Assembly (NCBI GenBank): GCA_044356455.1
Contig: JBIKWF010000026.1
Span: forward strand, 1-44,878
From: Bdellovibrionota bacterium
GTDB taxonomy: Bacteria > Bdellovibrionota_C > UBA2361 > JBGSMV01
Length of the DNA: 44,878 bases
Direction of reading: 5' to 3'
In this document: piece after piece, positions 38,145-44,878 of the stretch
Numbering within the stretch: position 1 is the first letter of the stretch
How the letters are laid out: each line of letters starts with the position of its first letter
Position numbers and translations under genes: made by a program
Notes under the pieces: model-generated
Seen by the model: only the letters and a program-made list of their open reading frames with translations
Databases searched by the model: none
What the model was told of the DNA's origin: nothing

Positions 38145-39050
38145 TCAGAGCCCAAGTGCGCGCTTGATGCGTGCTGCGGTCTCTGGCTGCGCAGCTACGA
38201 GCGGAAGCCTCACCGCAGGGCTCGCAATAATGCCCTTGAGCGCCAATGCCATCTTTACGGGGATGGGGTTGGTTTCGGTGAACATCGCTCGAATTGTAGG
38301 CAGAATCTCGCATTGTATTCTGCCCGCCGCTGCAAAATCCCCGGCGCGGGCAGCTGTAGTGAGTGCAACGAATTTATCCGGGATTACATTCCCAGTCGCC
38401 GCAATTACTCCCGTTCCGCCAACAGACATCAGGGGGGCAACAAGTGCGTCTTCTCCAGAAACGACTGCACAGCGATCGAGGAGCTCCGCCGCTCGAAGCT
38501 CGCTGAGTAGTTCAACCACCTGATCCATAGAACCCGAAGATTCTTTGACTCCCATAATCACTCCTTCGCGCACCATGCGAACGAGCGTTGAGGTTTGAAT
38601 GTTCACCGCGGTTCTTCCGGGAATATTGTAAGCGATGATAGGAAGTTTCGAGGCTTCTCTGACTGCTTCAAAGTGGCGATAAATGCCCTCTTGGGGAGGT
38701 TTATTGTAGGGCGGGGAGACCAGCAAAATTCCGCTGGCTCCACAGTCCTTGAGACGCGAGGAGGCTTCCGCGGCACGGAGGGTGCTGCTTGAGTTGACTC
38801 CGGCGACGACAGGGACTCTGCCTTTGGCGAACAACACGGAACGCGTGACAACCTCGAGATATTCTTTATCGGTCAGCGTGGCGCCTTCACCCGTGGAGCC
38901 GCAGGCGATAAGGCCTGAAACGCCACTCGTAATGTGAAATTCTATAAGCTTCTGCAGAGACTCCAGGTCGAGCGCCCTTGCGTCCGCGGTAAAAGGCGTA
39001 ACTACCGCGTTGAAAGTTCCGTGAAGTGACTCTGCAGTACATGGCTTCAT
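38145..39050 (-). CDS. dapA: 4-hydroxy-tetrahydrodipicolinate synthase
   Basis: VTPF, GSTGE, PPYNKPPQEG, YNIPGRT, GVKESSG (Schiff-base lysine), ETNPIPVK, RLPL. Confidence 0.96.
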   Translation of the reverse strand: MKPCTAESLHGTFNAVVTPFTADARALDLESLQKLIEFHITSGVSGLIACGSTGEGATLTDKEYLEVVTRSVLFAKGRVPVVAGVNSSSTLRAAEASSRLKDCGASGILLVSPPYNKPPQEGIYRHFEAVREASKLPIIAYNIPGRTAVNIQTSTLVRMVREGVIMGVKESSGSMDQVVELLSELRAAELLDRCAVVSGEDALVAPLMSVGGTGVIAATGNVIPDKFVALTTAARAGDFAAAGRIQCEILPTIRAMFTETNPIPVKMALALKGIIASPAVRLPLVAAQPETAARIKRALGL

Positions 39051-39076
39051 AGTGATCTCCTCCGATCAATCAGGAT

Positions 39077-39736
39077 CTAAAAGACCTCATCTCGTGCTTG
39101 GTTTACAGGAACCATGGAGACTTGGCTGTTTTCTCCCATAAACTGCACAAGTACAATTTGACCAGGATCGCCCTCCTCTCCGCCCTGGTTTACCGGCGTG
39201 ATTTGGTAGGCGTAGCGCTTGCCGGATTCAAGAGCGCGGTCACTAAAAGTGAACGACTTCAGTTCGGGCGCAACCTTAACGCTGCGCGTCGGCTTTCCGC
39301 TCGCACGTGCTTCTTCTTTCAGTCTTGCGAGCTCAGCGAGATGGCGATCTTCAATCGTGGATACCAGGGCGTATTCGACATCTGGATCGAGTAAGTCAGC
39401 GTTCTTCACCAGCGCTTTTCGATAGACTCTATACTGGTCCATAGACCTAAGCTCTTTCCCGCGCTGGTCTTTAGTGGGGGCCTGCCAAGAAAAGGTGACT
39501 CCCTCGGATGATGAGACGACTTTGAGACTGACCACTGGTTGGGGACTGAGATCTTCGGGCGCCAAAGGCGGCGAATACTTGCCGCAGCCTGTGATAAGGA
39601 GACACAAAAGGCCAAGAGTGGCGAGAAAAATTCTCGCGGCATGTTTTTGCGAGGCGGGGCGGATTAGTTGCGGGAGGCACGACCGGCGGTATGGTGAGCC
39701 TTGGTAAGTGCTTTGCATATTTCTCTCTTGAATCAT
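39077..39736 (-). CDS. lipoprotein with LptM/LppL-like N-terminus and FN3-like domain
   Basis: Lipobox LITG|C followed by GKYSPPLAPE; VTFSW.AP, YRVYR, F.D..L..G..Y.Y.I..VN fibronectin-III pattern. Confidence 0.75.
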   Translation of the reverse strand: MIQERNMQSTYQGSPYRRSCLPQLIRPASQKHAARIFLATLGLLCLLITGCGKYSPPLAPEDLSPQPVVSLKVVSSSEGVTFSWQAPTKDQRGKELRSMDQYRVYRKALVKNADLLDPDVEYALVSTIEDRHLAELARLKEEARASGKPTRSVKVAPELKSFTFSDRALESGKRYAYQITPVNQGGEEGDPGQIVLVQFMGENSQVSMVPVNQARDEVF

Positions 39737-39981
39737 TTTGCCATTTCACGATTGCCCGTGAGAGCGCCACCCTCCTTCGCTTTCACTCGACGAGCGCCCC
39801 TTACCATTCCGCTGGTAAGCGAGGGCGCACGGAGCTGCGACAGAAAGGCACAAATTTTTCCACGTGCGACACTCCAGAAGACTGCTATACTCTCTAGAGT
39901 CTGTAAAGTTTTGAATACCTTAGGCGGTTACTTCTGGGCATGAAGTGGCGCGCGTCTCAAGGCGGGGGTACGTAAGCAATT

Positions 39982-40956
39982 ATGCGGGTGATTCATTGCG
40001 GCGGCTTTGGCGCGCTAACCGAGGCCCTTGCCGCCTCCGAATCAGACCTTGGAGTGACCTCCGAAGCGCTTGGAGGCACCTCTTCCGAGGCCTTTTGGGC
40101 CTTTAGTGCAGGCGGAGCTCTGGCCGATCTGGCAGCCGTTATTAAGGCCAAACGCCCCGATATTCTCGTGGTACACGGAAGTCTGGCGCTTGGCGGTGCG
40201 TTTGGCCTCAATGTAGTGCCTTCGATGGATTTGCTGCGAGAGCTGAGAGCCGAGGGAACTTGCGTGGTTTACTGGTCTCAGGGAACTGAACCCTTTGCCA
40301 GTGCCGCTCAGCGCACCAAGGCCAAGTTATCTGAGGCCTTGTTCCGCGAGTCAGTAAGCCATGTGCTTCTTTCTTCTCTCGAGGCTTTTGAGCTTGCAAG
40401 AATGGCGCAAAGCTATAGCTGGCTGGCGCCCCCCGCCCCGCTCGCTCTCTTTGAAGGAGCTGGCGCACGTGAATATGATCGAGGGCACTTCCGCTTCTCC
40501 GGACTAATGGTGCCTTTTCAGCTCTCTCCAATAGCAGTCACTAAAGTGCAAGAGGCTCTGCTCGCCAATAAGTCGCCGCTGACCCTCCAAATACTTCCCC
40601 CGGAAAAAGTTCCTTCTTTAAGCGCACTACACGATGCGCTCATGGCAGCAGATCTCGTGATTGATGCCCCTGATTCATCGAGCTATGGCCCTCTGGGCAC
40701 GCTTGGACTGGCTGCCGGTCGGCCGCTTTTCTCTGGAATATCTCCCCTGTTAAAAAAAGAGTGGCCCTCCCAGGAGCTTTGTCCTGCTATTGGAATTGAT
40801 CCCTCAACTATTGCCGACAAGGTTCGGCACATTTTGATGGAGCCACGCATGCTCCGAGATTTGGGTAAGCGAGCACGGGCTTTCGCTCTTGAGCGTCATC
40901 ATCCTTCGCGTGTTGCGCCGCTCACGTTGCAGCTCTATCAGCGACTCATCGGGTAA
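39982..40956 (+). CDS. divergent GT-B (GT4-like) glycosyltransferase-related protein
   Basis: RPDILVVHG, ADLVID...YG....GLAAGRP, LGKRARAFALERH...LYQRL; the usual EX7E glutamates are not evident. Confidence 0.65.
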   Translation: MRVIHCGGFGALTEALAASESDLGVTSEALGGTSSEAFWAFSAGGALADLAAVIKAKRPDILVVHGSLALGGAFGLNVVPSMDLLRELRAEGTCVVYWSQGTEPFASAAQRTKAKLSEALFRESVSHVLLSSLEAFELARMAQSYSWLAPPAPLALFEGAGAREYDRGHFRFSGLMVPFQLSPIAVTKVQEALLANKSPLTLQILPPEKVPSLSALHDALMAADLVIDAPDSSSYGPLGTLGLAAGRPLFSGISPLLKKEWPSQELCPAIGIDPSTIADKVRHILMEPRMLRDLGKRARAFALERHHPSRVAPLTLQLYQRLIG

Positions 40957-40963
40957 TTGCCCG

Positions 40964-41038
40964 TCTGCTCTGTTCGCATCTGCACTGTTCGCATCTACAC
41001 TGGCCACATCTGCACTGGCCGCGTCGGCTCTGCTCGGT
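40964..41038. repeat. degenerate 15-bp tandem repeat x5
   Basis: TCTGCTCTGTTCGCA|TCTGCACTGTTCGCA|TCTACACTGGCCACA|TCTGCACTGGCCGCG|TCGGCTCTGCTCGGT. Confidence 0.75.
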
Positions 41039-41060
41039 TGACAGATGGAGAGAGACGGCA

Positions 41061-41101
41061 GGATCGTTCGGCGCCCAGGGGACAGGACGCCCTACCAAGA
41101 T
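41061..41101. repeat. single GTAG-type REP (cluster 3)
   Basis: Near-identical reverse complement of 24441-24481. Confidence 0.82.
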
Positions 41102-41130
41102 TATCTCGGTAAAAGATGCAATTGCCCCCC

Positions 41131-41225
41131 GTGCGCGCCAGCAGCTGCAGTGCGCGTCAGCAGTTGCTGTGCGCGTCAGCAGTTGCTGTGCGCGTCAGCA
41201 GTTGCTGTGCGCGCCAGCAGTTACG
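41131..41225. repeat. 19-bp tandem repeat x5 (GTGCGCGTCAGCAGTTGCT)
   Basis: Three identical central units and two variant flanking units; no spacers. Confidence 0.9.
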
Positions 41226-41245
41226 AGCACAAACGGGATAGACTT

Positions 41246-43705
41246 TTAGCCGTCCATGAAGGTGCGAAGTCTCTTGCTACGGCTCGGATGCCGCAGTTTT
41301 CGGAGCGCCTTCGCTTCAATCTGTCTAATACGCTCTCTGGTGACGTCGAAGTTTTGACCGACCTCTTCAAGAGTATGATCGCTCTTCTCGCCAATACCAA
41401 AGCGCATGCGCAGTACTTTTTCTTCACGCGGCGTGAGCGTTGCAAGAACCTTTCTGGTCTGCTCTTGCAGGTTCATGTTTACCACGGCAGTAGCCGGAGA
41501 TACGACGCGCTTGTCCTCGATAAAATCGCCCAAGTGCGAGTCTTCTTCCTCGCCAATAGGCGTCTCGAGAGAAATCGGCTCTTTGGCAATCTTGAGAACC
41601 TTCCGCACTTTCTCGAGCGGAATTTCCATCTTCGCCGCAATTTCCTCAGGTGTTGGCTCTTTGCCCAACTCTTGAACAAGTTGACGCGACGTGCGCACGA
41701 GCTTGTTTATGGTCTCGATCATGTGCACGGGGATGCGGATGATGCGAGCCTGGTCGGCAATCGCGCGTGTGATAGCCTGACGAATCCACCAGGTGGCGTA
41801 GGTTGAGAACTTATACCCACGTTGGTACTCGAACTTGTCCACGGCCTTCATCAAGCCGATATTTCCCTCTTGGATAAGGTCCAAGAACTGAAGTCCGCGG
41901 TTTGTGTATTTTTTTGCAATCGAAACCACGAGGCGCAGGTTGGCTTCTACCAATTCCTGTTTGGCCATTTGGGCTCGAATCTCACTGTCGAGCAGACGAT
42001 AAGCGCTCTCTTTAAACTCGCTGACCGCCATAAGCGTGTGTGATTCAAACTCCCGGTAATGCGCATCAAACTGTGCGAGCGCATCAGCGAGTCTTCGCCC
42101 ATCCTCGGCCCGTAACTTCAGCCGACGACATACGCGCTTAAAGTCCTGTGCATTCTCCGAGCGCAGCTCAGGGAGGGCCGAAAGAAGTTCTTCGGGCTTA
42201 CGCTCTCCTCCGAGTGCTTGCACGCGGCGCATTTCTCTAAGAACCCCATCGAGACGCTGTTTGTAGTCCTTAATGCGCTGCCCCATCGCGTTGAACTGGC
42301 GTTGGTTGAGATTGAGAGACTCAATCTTCTCTGCGTTCTTAAAGAGCATCTTACGCCACTTTTTCTCCACGTCGGGAAGCGTCTTGCTCTCTTCTTGACG
42401 CGCTTCTTTAAGCACCTCAAAAAGCATCTGCGTATCTTTGAACGCGCGTCTGAAAGGCGCGGCTCGCGCGAGAAACTTTTTCTTGGCAGCCTCTTCCTCT
42501 TTGTTGACTGGCGGCGGCTTATCCTCTTCCTCTCGAGGATCCTCATCATCGTCAACGGGCGCCGGCTTGCGTTCTTCCTCTTCTTCTTCCTCCTCCTCGT
42601 CCTTCTGTTCGGCTTCTTCTTCGACGAAAAGATCTCGCAAACGCACTTCGTCGTTCTTTACCTTATCGAAAAGGTCAACCACGTACGAAAGCGTGAGCGG
42701 TTGTGTGAGGACTTCCTGTTTTACTGCGATTAACCCTGATTCGATGCGCTTCGCGATTTCAACTTCGCCTTCACGCGTAAGGAGCTGTACATTGCCCATT
42801 TCGCGAAGGTACATGCGCACAGGATCGGTACTCTTCCCAAGGGAAGACTCGTCGTTGACTTCATCAACGGGCGCAGATTCCGTGAGGGTCGGCTCCATCG
42901 CGTCAGCGAAATCGCCATTGTTGCGCTCTACGATGTCGATATCGTGCTCGCCAAACATGGCGACGACATCCTCGATTTGATCTTCGGAAACCAGCTCGCT
43001 TGAGATGGCTTCATTAAGATCTTCCATCGTCAGGTAGCCCTTCTCCTTTCCAAGATCGAGAAGTCGATTCACTTCCGTCTCGCCGTCCCCGCGCTTCTCT
43101 TCAGCTTTATCCTCTGGGGTTACTCCGGCCTCACGCTCAAGTTCGCGTTCGCGCGCTTCGTTGCGTTCTTTGAGGCGCTGCTTGAGGTCTTCAATGCTGA
43201 TAGCGCCTTGCGGCATGGCATTGGCGCCCTTCGATTTTGATGGCGGATGACGAAGAGGCTTCCCTTCTGCATTTTTGCCTGCAAGATGAAGTGGCGGACG
43301 CGCGCCTTTGGTTAGATCTCCCTTTCCTTTTGCCGCGAGATCCTTCGCATCGGGCCCAGCGTCGCGAGGAGAGTTCGGCCTCAGTGAGCCAAATTTCGAG
43401 CGCCCAAAAGACGAGCCACCAAACTTTGATCCGCCAATCCTGCTTGGGGCACCCTTTCCCGCTATTTCTTTTAGCGAATCACTCTTGCTGCTCTCTGGTT
43501 TGGCAAGTACGGGTCGAGCTGTTGTCTTGAGCACCGGAACCGACCTGCGTGCGCTTTCGCGTGAGGTTGCGCGGTCATCGAGTTCTTTCTGCTTTTGTTC
43601 TTTGGTGCGGAGTCGCTTCGCCTTTAACTTTTTGACGGCGTTCGACTTAACGGGGCCGCGTTTAAGAATACCTTTGGGAGTGGTTTTCGTTTTCTTTACA
43701 GTCAC
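41246..43705 (-). CDS. rpoD: RNA polymerase primary sigma factor with long basic N-terminal extension
   Basis: Region 1.1 (LGKEKGYLT), [72 protein letters not shown]. Confidence 0.98.
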   Translation of the reverse strand: MTVKKTKTTPKGILKRGPVKSNAVKKLKAKRLRTKEQKQKELDDRATSRESARRSVPVLKTTARPVLAKPESSKSDSLKEIAGKGAPSRIGGSKFGGSSFGRSKFGSLRPNSPRDAGPDAKDLAAKGKGDLTKGARPPLHLAGKNAEGKPLRHPPSKSKGANAMPQGAISIEDLKQRLKERNEARERELEREAGVTPEDKAEEKRGDGETEVNRLLDLGKEKGYLTMEDLNEAISSELVSEDQIEDVVAMFGEHDIDIVERNNGDFADAMEPTLTESAPVDEVNDESSLGKSTDPVRMYLREMGNVQLLTREGEVEIAKRIESGLIAVKQEVLTQPLTLSYVVDLFDKVKNDEVRLRDLFVEEEAEQKDEEEEEEEEERKPAPVDDDEDPREEEDKPPPVNKEEEAAKKKFLARAAPFRRAFKDTQMLFEVLKEARQEESKTLPDVEKKWRKMLFKNAEKIESLNLNQRQFNAMGQRIKDYKQRLDGVLREMRRVQALGGERKPEELLSALPELRSENAQDFKRVCRRLKLRAEDGRRLADALAQFDAHYREFESHTLMAVSEFKESAYRLLDSEIRAQMAKQELVEANLRLVVSIAKKYTNRGLQFLDLIQEGNIGLMKAVDKFEYQRGYKFSTYATWWIRQAITRAIADQARIIRIPVHMIETINKLVRTSRQLVQELGKEPTPEEIAAKMEIPLEKVRKVLKIAKEPISLETPIGEEEDSHLGDFIEDKRVVSPATAVVNMNLQEQTRKVLATLTPREEKVLRMRFGIGEKSDHTLEEVGQNFDVTRERIRQIEAKALRKLRHPSRSKRLRTFMDG

Positions 43706-43915
43706 AGTGTCATTTCCCTACAACAGGAGCCGGGTTTGAAAGAGTACGCTAGAGTAGCCAAGTAGCTGAAATTAATCTACCCGCTAAGGTGCTAAAGGCG
43801 AGTCCGCGCAGAAGTTTATAGGCCAAGGCTCGTAGTGCGCCAGCGTTGGCCTGAAAATAGGCCCATGGGTACTAACGGCGGACATAACCCATTGAATTTA
43901 CATGCCCTTGCCATG

Positions 43916-44878
43916 TCAAGTGTTGGGCAAGTTAGGCGGGCTCGCCATGCGCTGCAATTGGCGCTTGAGGGCCAGCTTCTGCTGCGAGAGCTCCATACGC
44001 ACGCTGTCGAGATCTGCCGTTGCAATTCTTCGGTCAAGATCGTGAAGCTGCGCCTCGGAAGCGGCGCGGCGTAGCGCTGCGCGGCAGTGTTCGAAGATGA
44101 GATCTAATTTCACTTCTGGATCGTGAAGCATCGCGTAGGCTTTTTTCCACTGCTTGGTCCAAGAATCACCATAGACATCTAAGAGTGCCTTTAAGGATTC
44201 TTTCTTCGACTCGAGCGATGAATCTGGGTCACTTACGATGGTGTCTAGCTCCTGAGCAAACTGAAAGGTTGCGTAATGTACCCCCGAACATAAGTCGGGA
44301 TCTCTAAGAAATACCGCTGGGAGTTCCTCCTTTTTCGCCATCAGTGCGCACAGAATCTCTCGGTCAAGATGTGGCAGCTCATCAATGGACGGGATGCGCT
44401 TCTCTTGAGGACTCGCAGGGGCTTGCTCTGCTGGCGAAGAGGAGGCCTTAGGTGCCTCGCGCAAGCTCTTTGGAGTTGGGCCACCTTTCGTTTTAATCTC
44501 TCTCGTTACCATTTTCCTAAGAAGCTCAGGATCTACAAGCAGCTTGTGGGCGGCGCGGCTCGAGAGTTCACTTTGCTCAATGGAATTCTCGACTGAACGA
44601 AGCAATGCGCCAACCTCTTCGCAGAGCTTGCCCTTGGCAGCGGCGCCAAGCTCAGATGCTGTGGTAACGCCTGTCTTAGAGATAAGCCACTCAACATACG
44701 ATTCTATCATCGGAACGTGAGGCAGCGCGCGCAGGGCTTCGGCGGTGCCTTCGCCATGACGCAGCGCAAAGGTGTCGGGATCATCCTCGCTGGGAAGGAA
44801 GACGGCGGCGACATCTAACCCCGAATTAAGGAAGGTTGGGTACGACTTCCCGGCAGCGGCGCGACCAGCCTGATCGCC
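43916..44878 (-). CDS. dnaG: DNA primase, C-terminal part; runs off the right edge
   Basis: The frame of ORF 43916..44710 stays open to the window edge: GDQAGRAAA...VFLPSEDDPDTF (end of the Toprim domain); dnaG-rpoD synteny. Confidence 0.9.
   Translation of the reverse strand, partial: GDQAGRAAAGKSYPTFLNSGLDVAAVFLPSEDDPDTFALRHGEGTAEALRALPHVPMIESYVEWLISKTGVTTASELGAAAKGKLCEEVGALLRSVENSIEQSELSSRAAHKLLVDPELLRKMVTREIKTKGGPTPKSLREAPKASSSPAEQAPASPQEKRIPSIDELPHLDREILCALMAKKEELPAVFLRDPDLCSGVHYATFQFAQELDTIVSDPDSSLESKKESLKALLDVYGDSWTKQWKKAYAMLHDPEVKLDLIFEHCRAALRRAASEAQLHDLDRRIATADLDSVRMELSQQKLALKRQLQRMASPPNLPNT

Noticed and set aside
41131..41225. CRISPR array
   Set aside because: Head-to-tail 19-mers with no spacers.
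41045..43739. plus-strand ORFs over rpoD (e.g. 41045..41806, 42438..42980)
   Set aside because: Antisense shadows of rpoD, partly running through tandem repeats.

Overview
GC-balanced bacterial chromosomal region; gene content and protein style suggest a deltaproteobacterial or Bdellovibrionota-like lineage, which is inference only. Most of the window is housekeeping: acs (5' part), clpB, a CbpA-type J protein, an orphan Dam-family methyltransferase, a secreted S8 protease, tRNA-Met, CBS/FapA/pilin/ispH, the conserved ispE-tRNA-Gln-prs-rplY-pth-rpsF-rplI run (without rpsR), a suhB-like phosphatase, a DapC-like aminotransferase, a VanX-like dipeptidase with an OSBS/NSAR enolase, dksA, an acyl-CoA carboxylase beta/epsilon-like/BCCP trio, an O-antigen-ligase-like protein, Hpt, acyl-CoA dehydrogenase, IclR, dapA, a lipoprotein, a GT-B-like protein, rpoD and the 3' part of dnaG. 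No CRISPR array, transposase, integrase or prophage is visible. The unusual content is intergenic: (1) a duplicated tRNA-Met 5' half that stops exactly at U33, carries two mini-hairpin insertions and is separated from the intact tRNA by a ~100-nt structured element; (2) two 130-bp IS5-like MITEs with CTAA-type flanks that enclose a 9-bp-periodic inverted repeat also found free elsewhere; (3) GTAG-REP/BIME-like clusters with covarying stems; (4) several short tandem duplications.
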